64,000 nucleotides of DNA from Amphiscolops sp. MND2022 (lineage: Eukaryota): assembly GCA_964187785.1 (NCBI GenBank), contig OZ076409.1, forward strand, positions 74,960,001 through 75,024,000, written 5' to 3'. Made by a program: the position numbers and the translations under genes. Position 1 is the stretch's first letter. Each line of letters opens with the position of its first letter. Below the pieces are notes generated by a model. It saw only the letters and a list, made by a program, of their open reading frames with translations, made no database searches and was not told the DNA's origin. Shown one piece after another: positions 40,701 through 52,073 of this stretch.

Positions 40701-42520
40701 TTCGACATGTCAAAAGTACTGATAAGAAGAGAAACTTCTCAAAAATTCATGTTATGTGTCATATTCCATTCCACGTTTTTTAATCGGTGCTTGTCGGTTA
40801 TAGTATTAACGCTCAGCAACGAGGTTACTGACAAGATACAACTTGTTAACAGTTATTAAAAGTATTTATAATACCACCTTGCTCGGTCTTGGCACATTTT
40901 TCATCCCATTCGGTCTTAACGTGTAAATTTTACTTCCCAAAAACCCTATTTTTGTCAGGTCGAAATTCGAATTTTTGTGTTTTGATCAATATTATTGTGT
41001 CTGACGTAACCTGTGGCCTCCAAAATACTCAAAAACAATAGTATGACTGCTATCAAATGCTTCAGTGATATGTGGGGCACGTTAACACGTTTTGGTAGGA
41101 ACAATTCCACTTTGAAGTGAAAATTTGGAAGACACATTGTGTCAATAAAAACTGAATAGGTGAAAAACGTACCTAACTCTCGTCAATTAGTATTGATGTA
41201 GTAACTGTGTTGCGAATTAGAGGTCTATAGAGTGGTGTATGGGAAAACTGTGGCGCATAAAGCGTTGTTCATAACAAAGTTCTTCCAGTAACTACTATTG
41301 TGTTTTCAAAAGTTTCATTATATTTCACATATCCACAGAATGTGATTGATGCTACCTAGTAATGGAAAACCACTGTCGAATCTTCTTTAGTGGACTCAAC
41401 AGTCCTGAAAATCACAGACATACATCATGTTTCATAATTATACGATCGAGGCTACACAATAATTTATTTCCGCTAGTTGCTGATAAATGAATTTCCTGAT
41501 AGCCTTCCAAGTTGGCCTTGTGTCAACCTGGGAAGGCTATCAGTACAAAACACAAAGAACACAGCTTGTTGTTGCCTTTAATTTGCTGTTGTTTTCGTTA
41601 AGATTCTATGGTACCGTTTCTTTATAACATGTGGTTAACATAAGACAATTTCTCTCGGTATGGAACGACATCCATTGATAAGAAAGATTACAGTTTTTTA
41701 GTTGAAAAAGACCTTGAAAGTACTGCGCAATTCATGCAATTCATCCAAAAAGCTCAATCATTTCAATACTTTGCGTCCCATTGAGCGTCACGAACCACAA
41801 TACTCCCTTTAACTGACAGTACAAAGACACATCATCATTTGACCGTCCACAGAGCGAAGGCGTGGCGAGGCACGCCTTTCGAAGTCCTTTGGCAAAAAAG
41901 TACTAACGTCCGTTCGTGACGCATACGAAAAACTCTTTTCATTTCAACAATCGTCATAAAGCATATTCGTTATATCGGCTTTTGGTTACATTTGTGCAGT
42001 GATACCTTTATCAGTGAAATATTAAGTTATACCTAGGTAACAGCAGTTACTTCGTGATTACCAAAGTGATATTAAAATGTTGTTACATAAATATTTCTGA
42101 CAGCGGAATTCCGAAGTGTCATTAGGTACTTTTGCAGTGCTCGTTAGGAAAGCGAGTACTTTTGCTTGGACCAAACATGCTTGTATCAGATTGGTCATGT
42201 GAAGGCAGGTAACGGAATCAAAACAATGTTCCTCATCAACTTTTTGGTAGGGTCAGAAACACAATGTTTCCTTTTTACCGTCCCCCAATTGTTTGTTAGC
42301 TTCTGTTCATAGAGAATTGTTTCTGCGCAGACCAAAATATAGCAAGTTATCCAATACGCCTGATATCGGTTTTGCCCCACACAGAACTATCACTTAACAT
42401 TTTTGTATGTTGACATCTTTTTACCCCGTAGTTCAACAACTCATGCACCTTCATTTCTTCTTCAACAACTAACTCGCCACCTCCGTGTCGTCTCGTGGTT
42501 TGTTTAGCCTCCAGCGCTAG
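37787..42520 (+). repeat. Cassette A8 (4734 bp), divergent A subfamily with unique 3' ~1.2 kb
   Basis: Between cores 37783 and 42517; five subrepeats; hairpin at 41496. Confidence 0.85.
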
Positions 42521-43590
42521 GTGGTCAAGGGGGATGCCCATCAGAAAATATTGCGAGGCCGGGGAGGGTCCCGAGAGCCGAGCACATTCTATCAATTCCT
42601 ACCTTCAGGATTGCGAAGTATTTTAACCGATCTCGAAATTCACCCGTAGGATTTGTCTGAAACTTTGCATGTGGCTTTATCTCAAAAATTTAAGAATTTT
42701 TTTCTGCTGACGTTTTTCCAGGAAAATTCATTTTGTAGGTTTTTTTTGCGTTTTTTTGGTTTTTTTCATCTTTTTTCATCTTTGATTAATCAATGACCGA
42801 ATCAAAGGCCATTTTCACCATGAAGGAAAGCCCGTAGCGGCAAAGTGCACTTTTATGAAAATCATCAACGGTCAACGGTCTTTCGAACGGTCCGAAAAAA
42901 TTTCCCCCCGGGGGAAACCAAAGTGCCGAAAAGTGCCAAAATTATTTTTTTGACTGAATCACTTTGATCAAATTGATGATTTGAGCAGCCGGAACGGTCC
43001 GCACGGTCTCGGACAATAAGGTCAAAAATTGTCAGCATCCAATGGGGGTTCCAAAAATGTAATTTGTTCACCTGTAGGAGACATCAGAAAAAAGTTGATT
43101 TTTTGGGGTATATGTCATTATGAGTGATTGGATGAGAAATAATTGTATCACTTTCAGTTGGATATGATGCAGCACAGGAAGCAGCTGCAGCAAACTTGAA
43201 ACTGATTATGGGGCTGGGGTTTACCCTCTGTATCGAGCAAAATAGCCCTAGGGCATAAGTTGTGCCAAAAAATGCCTCAAACTGATGATTTGGTTATTGC
43301 AAATCGATCAGCAAAATTTATTGTCACCGGTGTTCCGAGAGTTGCGCAGCATCTCGCAGGAACAACGGTGCTTGCTTAGAAAGCAAAAAACCACAAAATC
43401 CCTTAGGTTAAGTTGACGGCAGTCACCATAGACATTCACTCGTCAGGGTGATGATATTCATCGTTCAATCCCAGAATAACTTACAAAAAATTGCTAGCCT
43501 CAATATTTCTTTTTCATACTCCATTAGCAAAGGTTGCGCTGTTAAGTTTAGGCCTTTTACTAGCAGTGCTCTAAATCGCTCCATCGCTAG
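42521..43590 (+). repeat. Cassette C1 (1070 bp), probable internal-deletion relative of A7
   Basis: Between cores 42517 and 43587; 5' part resembles A7 33050-33670; 3' end resembles the A7 tail. Confidence 0.87.
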
Positions 43591-44660
43591 GTGGTCAAGG
43601 GGGATGCCCATCAGAAAATATTGCGAGGCCGGGGAGGGTCCCGAGAGCCGAGCACATTCTATCAATTCCTACCTTCAGGATTGCGAAGTATTTTAACCGA
43701 TCTCGAAATTCACCCGTAGGATTTGTCTGAAACTTTGCATGTGGCTTTATCTCAAAAATTTAAGAATTTTTTTCTTCTGACGTTTTTCCAGGAAAATTCA
43801 TTTTGTAGGGTTTTTTTGCGTTTTTTTGGTTTTTTTCATCTTTTTTCATCTTTGATTAATCAATGACCGAATCAATGGCCATTTTCACCATGAAGGAAAG
43901 CCCGTAGCGGCAAAATGCACTTTTGTGAAAATCATCAACGGTCAACGGTCTTTCGAACGGTCCGAAAAAATTTCCCCCCGGGGGAAACCAAAGTGCCGAA
44001 AAGTGCCAAAATTATTTTTTTGACTGAATCACTTTGATCAAATTGATGATTTGAGCAGCCGGAACGGTCCGCACGGTCTCGGACAATAAGGTCAAAAATT
44101 GTCAACATCCAATGGGGGTTCCAAAAATGTAATTCGTTCACCTGTAGGAGACATCAGAAAAAAGTTGATTTTTTGGGGTATATGTCATTATGAGTGATTG
44201 GATGAGAAATAATTGTATCACTTTCAGTTGGATATGATGCAGCACAGGAAGCAGCTGCAGCAAACTTGAAACTGATTATGGGGCTGGGGTTTACCCTCTG
44301 TATCGAGCAAAACAGCCCTAGGGCATAAGTTGTGCCAAAAAATGCCTCAAAGTGATGATTATGTTATTACAAATCGATCAGCAAAATTTATTGTCACCGG
44401 TGTTCCGAGAGTTGCGCAGCATCTCGCAGGAACAACGGTGCTTACTTAGAAAGCAAAAAACCACAAAATCCCTTGAGTTAAGTTGACGGCAGTCACCATA
44501 GACATTCACTCGTCAGGGTGATGATATTTATCGTTCAATCCCAGAATAACTTACAAAAAATTGCTAGCCTCAATATTTCTTTTTCATACTCCATTAGCAA
44601 AGGTTGCGCTGTTAAGTTTAGGCCTTTTACTAGCAGTGCTCTAAATCGCTCCATCGCTAG
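43591..44660 (+). repeat. Cassette C2 (1070 bp)
   Basis: Near-identical tandem copy of C1. Confidence 0.87.
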
Positions 44661-45930
44661 GTGGTCTGTCCCGGTTAGGACATTAAAATAGGGCGAGGCC
44701 GGGGAGGGTCCCGTGCCGAGTTTTGGGTAGCGCGGAGCAGGGTTCAACATCTTACGTACCCCCGACCAAAAAACGACGATCTCGAATCCCACCCGTACGA
44801 TTCGGCTGAAATTTGGCATGCGGCTTCCTCTAGCGATTCTAAGAACTTTTCCCTACTACCATTTTGCCCAGAAATTATTTTTTGTTGACTTTTAGACTAT
44901 TTTATGGTCAGGAAGGAGCGTTTTTTCAAAAAAATTTTTTTCAAGAGCTCATATCTCGCTCCCACGTGCTCGGAGCGGGTCGCATGTGGACGTTGATATT
45001 GCTGGGCACTTCGTAAGGAGTCCGTAGACAAATTTTCGTCCAGATCGGATAAAAATTGACTGAGTAATAGCCGCAAATCGGACGATTTTTCTCGAAAATT
45101 TTGGTACATCTAGTCTATCTCTGCCGTTTTTTGCCCAGATTTTTTTCCAAGACCTCTCCTAAAGACCTCCCCTGGCCAGTTTACCTCCCAAAAAAACCAT
45201 TTGCCCCTTTTGCCGCAGTTTCAGCGTTCCAGGATTCCCCGGGTAAAAGATAAATGACTTAGAATTTTTTCAAAAATTTTTCAAAATTTTTTTTTTAAAC
45301 TTCAGGCCTCCCAAAGTCAAACAACTTCCACACAACTAGTATTGCAAGTGAATGCATGTGGAAAGTACTTGGATAGACGAGAAAAATGAGCTATTATAAA
45401 CTTCTGTAGCTTGACCTGACGTTGACTTATGACAATTTTAGTGTGAGCTTGCTATGTGAGAAAAAAATTCAAAAATTGAAAATCGAAGCTAAGTTTCATC
45501 TAAAACTCATCGGAATCCGTTGAATCCATTCTAAAGCGGTTCAATTCCAGCTGTTTAGTGCAGCAATACCATTCAAGGTCGTTTGACTCATTTTCATAAG
45601 TTTTGACACCGTCTTATCCATCCGAAAGTTCGAAACAGTTGAGTACATTCCATCTCCCCTCCGTGGGAGATGGTAATGTACTCGAAAAAAGCCAGAGTCC
45701 TACCACCCCATTCTACCCGGAGTGGTGCTAGCTATGCAGTAGCGTGAGCTCCAGGTTGTTTGCAGTAGCCTTTACGTATGTTGTGACTATGTATTACAAT
45801 TATATCTCTTTAACTAAACATGAAAAAATTGTTTCAATCCCAAAATTTTTGTTCAACTTTAGTATGTATATACATATACAACATTATACAGTGTCGCCCT
45901 ACTTGCCATCACAGTCATTGCCTGCACTGG
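44661..45930 (+). repeat. Cassette D1 (1270 bp)
   Basis: Between cores 44657 and 45927; 45110-45435 is homologous to D2 61720-62035 and D3 62990-63300. Confidence 0.85.
45641..45683. other. D-family bulged hairpin
   Basis: gagtacatt-ccatctccc-ctccgt-gggagatgg-t-aatgtactc; also at 96-134, 62263-62301, 63532-63575. Confidence 0.85.
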
Positions 45931-48900
45931 GTGGTCAGTGCTGTTGCGTTCATTTTTTTCCGGCCGTGGGGGAGGGCCCCTCTGAGGCCGGTCATTTTTC
46001 AGGTAACAGCTTTCTTATACAAAAAAGCGGGAAAAAACCTCAGTGCTCAAATCCCAACCGTCAGAATGAGCTGAAATTTGGCATGTAGCTAGTGCATTGC
46101 AAATGACTACGATGGGTTATAACGCTATGTTTGGCAAAATTGGTTTTGTTGCATTTTTTTTGTCATATAGGGCCAAAAATGGCCTTTTTTGCGTATTTTT
46201 TGCTTGACTAGCTAATAACTCGCGTTGGGTTGGTACTAGCGATACGGGTGTGGGGTATGGAATTGAAAGATTACCAAGTACCTTGCTGATGACGTTATTT
46301 GATTTCCGCTCACATCACCCCCCACGCCGGAAATGCCCAATTTGTCACTTCCGGTCGCAATTTTTGACTTTTTTGGATGGAGTTAAAACCCATTTCCGGT
46401 GTGAAGGAGTGGGTTGAGCGCTTCGACCCCAATATACTAAAAGTAGGTTTAGACAAAGTCCTATTAGGAAAAAAGTAATGTAAGCCCGTACCTATCACCC
46501 CCTCACCGGAAATAGGGGTCACGCCTCCTTTTTCTGTGTTGCAAAAGTGACATGTGCACATTTGTCCAACTCCGAAGCCCCGGAGCACCGTGGGACCGTT
46601 ATACTTTCTAAACACCTATCCCACACGCTACCGGAAATGACCGGAAGTTTCACCGGAAATGACATCCTTGGACCGGAAATGGTCAAAAAAGGACTTTTTC
46701 AATAAAAAAAAGACACTTTTGGTGCAATTTTTAGGCAAAAAGCATAATTCGTGATACGCTTGTTGCAGTTGAAAGGGCCATTGTTCAGCAAGAATGCATA
46801 CAGCATTACGTAGCACATCAAGTGGTTGATAATTTTTCGTCCATAATATCCATAGGACCGGAAATGGCCATTTTTGAATCGGAAATTTCTTCAGCTTGAT
46901 TTTTAACAAGTTTTTCCACAATATTAGTGTAGGAATTGCTCGTCGGATGCTTTAGGTCTATTTTAAAACTAGCTGACTGCTTCTTAGAAATGTATTTCAG
47001 AAATTCCAACCAATTCGAGATTACCGGAAATGGGAGTAATTGCCTCCTTTATGACCTTTGAATGATAAATTGTTAAAATCCGCAAATTATTTTATTCCAC
47101 AACTGTTGCTCAGGTTATATCTAAGCAATAACATCTGCTTGTTTTGAAGTGCTGTATTGTGGGAGATACAAATATTGCTTTTTAATAGTAATACATACGT
47201 GATATTCGCCGCAATAAAGATTTTTCAAATCAACCATTTTGAAGTCCTACTGGTGTTCCGCACACCCGAAATAATTTAAGTTTCTAGTTTCGATTTTCAG
47301 GCTTCCGCGACTATTGAGTTGAGATGATAGTTTTCACGTTCTCTGCAAAACGGGCATTTCATTGTGTATGTGACATTTATTGGGTTGTTTCACATGGTAA
47401 TTCAAAACTAATTGATCATACAATTTAGAACAATTGAAAATTTTCAATTGAACAATAAATGTTTTAATAATTTCTCTTTCGTTAAAGATACTCTTTTGTG
47501 GCCATTAGAACAGGTTGAATTGGTTGAATAAGTAACCAGTGCGATACATCGTTTAATACATAACGTTTGACATCGTTTTCTTGCGAACAAAGACAAGCAT
47601 GATTTGTTGGAAGTTTTTACCATATCGCTTCAAATCGGTCGTGACAAACAATGAATTTCTCGTTTTAATTGCTACTTCGAAAGCAGCCTGAAAACGCAAA
47701 TCGATCTATTGAGTTATGGAGATGCAACTAAGCATTTCAAGTCTGGGTTTCAATTTAATACTATCACTCCGGACTATTTTTATGTCGCAAAAGTGATAAA
47801 GGGTGTTAGCAAGGTTAAAAACATCGAACAATTTTAAAAATGATGCCTCCGGAAAGGGAAGAAAAATGAGTTTTCCTGTCAAAACAATGATAACCACGTA
47901 CGAAACATCAAGTATTTGCATTGTTCAATAGTCCAAAACATGAATGAAGTTTTTAAATATCCAAGAGTTTCTAATCAAGCATGCGTTTCAAATGTCTCAC
48001 AGGGCAGCATCGTTTTCAAAAAACAGTGCTTTCAATGTGGTTTCATACCAGCAAAACGAACGCAGGCACAACCACACTCTCAAAATTCTTGCACAACAAC
48101 CAATTTCTTTGAAAATCCTATTTGATTCCTCAAGGTATATGGTGAGAACCCTGTTGGGTTCCAAAGTTGATGTGCTGTTTTCTTGGGTTTGCGAGATAAG
48201 TTACAACGGAAATCTGAAAGCAGGTCGTCTCAATAAAATACCTGTTGCTCTTTAAACGATTGGACTTAAGTAGTCGAAATTTATTCTCAGACACTTTCGA
48301 TCAGAGAATGTTTGAGTCCTAACGTTCGAATCAGGTTGGTTTCAGGTGGCTCGAAGTGCCAGCTGAACCAACCTTTCAAATAAAGAAAAACCCCACACCT
48401 CCCTTCATGCCACGCTACCCCGTATAGCGTTTCAACTTGACAGAAATTGGAACGTTTGATTTTGGCGTCGCTTGGGATTGACACACCAGTGTTGATACTA
48501 AATTTGGCAAAGAGAAATCGCACAAATGATTGTTTCTGTTTTTCCCTTTGATTTAGTGTGTCGAGCGTACAAAGCAGTTTGGGAAACTAACTTGCATTTC
48601 CACTGAACGAAAAGCAAAAGTAGTAACATTGAAAACTTTCGGAATAAATTTAATCAGGTTTCCGTATTTGTGAGATCAGCTGCCACTCAGTTATCAGTTA
48701 CATCTTTCAAATTTTTAAGAACAACTAATCAAACTTTGCTCGACTCTCTTGGATAAGGCAACAATAGTTTACTAATCTGTACTCGTGGAAAAAAGTCAAC
48801 TGCCGGGTCAAAAACAATCTGTATGTAACTTTTCTCTCGTGCAAAGTTATTTTTTACCCCCTCTGACTCAACTATAGCATGTACGTAATGAAACCAATAA

Positions 48901-49002
48901 CACCTTCAACTGTTAATCAACGCCCACCGTCCGTAGGCATGCCGAGGCATGCCTTTCGACGACGCGCGCCAAAAACAATATAACGGCGCCACCCGCTTCT
49001 GG
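45931..49002 (+). repeat. Cassette E1 (3072 bp)
   Basis: Between cores 45927 and 48999; first of five tandem copies. Confidence 0.9.
48928..48961. other. E-type subterminal hairpin
   Basis: cgtc-cgt-aggcatgc-cgag-gcatgcct-ttc-gacg, ~70 bp before the core in all E copies, D2 and D3. Confidence 0.85.
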
Positions 49003-52000
49003 GTGGTCAGTGCTGTTGCGTTCATTTTTTTCCGGCCGTGGGGGAGGGCCCCTCTGAGGCCGGTCATTTTTCAGGTAACAGCTTTCTTATACAAAAAAGC
49101 GGGAAAAAACCTCAGTGCTCAAATCCCAACCGTCAGAATGAGCTGAAATTTGGCATGTAGCTAGTGCATTGCAAATGATTAGGATGGGTTATAACGCTAT
49201 GTTTGGCAAAATTGGTTTTGTTGCATTTTTTTTGTCATATAGGGCCAAAAATGGCCTTTTTTGCGTATTTTTTGCTTGACTAGCTAATAACTCGCGTTGG
49301 GTTGGTACTAGCGATACGGGTGTGGGGTATGGAATTGTAAGAATACCAAGTACCTTGCTGATCACGTTATTTGATTTCCGCCCACATCACCCCCCACGCC
49401 GGAAATGCCCAATTTGTCACTTCCGGTCGCAATTTTTGACTTTTTTGGATGGAGTCAAAACCCATTTCCGGTGTGAAGGAGTGGGTTGAGCGCTTCGACC
49501 CCATTATACTAAAAGTAGGTTTAGACAAAGTCCTATTAGGAAAAAAGTAATGTAAGCCCGTACCTATCACCCGCTCATCGGAAATAGGGGTCACGCCTCC
49601 TTTTTCTGTGTTGCAAAAGTGACATGTGCACATTTGTCCAACTCCGAAGCCCCGGAGCACCGTGGGACCCTTATACTTTCTAAACACCTATCCCACACGC
49701 TACCGGAAGTGACCGGAAGTTTCACCGGAAATGACATCCTTGGACCGGAAATGGTCAAAAAATGACTTTTCAATGCAAAATAGACACATTTGGTGCGATT
49801 TTTAGGCAAAAAGCATAGTTCGTGAAACGCTTGTTGCAGTTGGAAGGGCCATTGTTCAGCAAGAATGCGTACAGCATTACGTAGCACATCAAGTAGTTGA
49901 TACTTTTTCGTCCATAATATCCTTAGGACCGGAAATGGCCATTTTTGAATCGGAAACTTCTTCAGCTTGATTTTTAACAGGTTTTTCCGCAATATTAGCG
50001 TAGGAATTGCTCGTCGGATGCTGTAGGTCTATTTTAAAACTAGCTAACTGCTTCTTAGAAATGTATTTCAGAAATCCCAACCAATTCCAGATTACCGGAA
50101 ATGGGAGTAATTGCCTCCTTTATGACCTTTGAATGATAAATTGTTAAAATCCGCAAATTATTTTATTCCACAACTGTTGCTCAGGTTATATCTAAGCAAT
50201 AACATCTGCTTGTTTTGAAGTGCTGTATTGTGGGAGATACAAATATTGCTTTTTAATAGTAATACATACGTGATATTCGCCGCAATAAAGATTTTTCAAA
50301 TCAACCATTTTGAAGTCCTACTGGTGTTCCGCACACCCGAAATAATTTAAGTTTCTAGTTTCGATTTTCAGGCTTCCGCGACTATTGAGTTGAGATGATA
50401 GTTTTCACGTTCTCTGCAAAACGGGCATTTCATTGTGTATGTGACATTTATTGGGTTGTTTCACATGGTAATTCAAAACTAATTGATCATACAATTTAGA
50501 ACAATTGAAAATTTTCAATTGAACAATAAATGTTTTAATAATTTCTCTTTCGTTAAAGATACTCTTTTGTGGCCATTAGAACAGGTTGAATTGGTTGAAT
50601 AAGTAACCAGTGCGATACATCGTTTAATACATAACGTTTGACATCGTTTTCTTGCGAACAAAGACAAGCATGATTTGTTGGAAGTTTTTACCATATCGCT
50701 TCAAATCGGTCGTGACAAACAATGAATTTCTCGTTTTAATTGCTACTTCGAAAGCAGCCTGAAAACGCAAATCGATCTATTGAGTTATGGAGATGCAACT
50801 AAGCATTTCAAGTCTGGGTTTCAATTTAATACTATCACTCCGGACTATTTTTATGTCGCAAAAGTGATAAAGGGTGTTAGCAAGGTTAAAAACATCGAAC
50901 AATTTTAAAAATAATGCCTCCGGAAAGGGAAGAAAAATGAGTTTTCCTGTCAAAACAATGATAACCACGTACGAAACATCAAGTATTTGCATTGTTCAAT
51001 AGTCCAAAACATGAATGAAGTTTTTAAATATCCAAGAGTTTCTAATCAAGCATGCGTTTCAAATGTCTCACAGGGCAGCATCGTTTTCAAAAAACAGTGC
51101 TTTCAATGTGGTTTCATACCAGCAAAACGAACGCAGGCACAACCACATTCTCAAAATTCTTGCACAACAACCAATTTCTTTGAAAATCCTATTTGATTCC
51201 TCAAGGTATATGGTGAGAACCCTGTTGGGTTCCAAAGTTGATGTGCTGTTTTCTTGGGTTTGCGAGATAAGTTACAACGGAAATCTGAAAGCAGGTCGTC
51301 TCAATAAAATACCTGTTGCTCTTTAAACGATTGGACTTAAGTAGTCGAAATTTATTCTCAGACACTTTCGATCAGAGAATGTTTGAGTCCTAACGTTCGA
51401 ATCAGGTTGGTTTCAGGTGGCTCGAAGTGCCAGCTGAACCAACCTTTCAAATAAAGAAAAACCCCACACCTCCCTTCATGCCACGCTACCCCGTATAGCG
51501 TTTCAACTTGACAGAAATTGGAACGTTTGATTTTGGCGTCGCTTGGGATTGACACACCAGTGTTGATACTAAATTTGGCAAAGAGAAATCGCACAAATGA
51601 TTGTTTCTGTTTTTCCCTTTGATTTAGTGTGTCGAGCGTACAAAGCAGTTTGGGAAACTAACTTGCATTTCCACTGAACGAAAAGCAAAAGTAGTAACAT
51701 TGAAAACTTTCGGAATAAATTTAATCAGGTTTCCGTATTTGTGAGATCAGCTGCCACTCAGTTATCAGTTACATCTTTCAAATTTTTAAGAACAACTAAT
51801 CAAACTTTGCTCGACTCTCTTGGATAAGGCAACAATAGTTTACTAATCTGTACTCGTGGAAAAAAGTCAACTGCCGGGTCAAAAACAATCTGTATGTAAC
51901 TTTTCTCTCGTGCAAAGTTATTTTTTACCCCCTCTGACTCAACTATAGCATGTACGTAATGAAACCAATAACACCTTCAACTGTTAATCAACGCCCACCG

Positions 52001-52073
52001 TCCGTAGGCATGCCGAGGCATGCCTTTCGACGACGCGCGCCAAAAACAATATAACGGCGCCACCCGCTTCTGG
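49003..52073 (+). repeat. Cassette E2 (3071 bp)
   Basis: Between cores 48999 and 52070. Confidence 0.9.
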
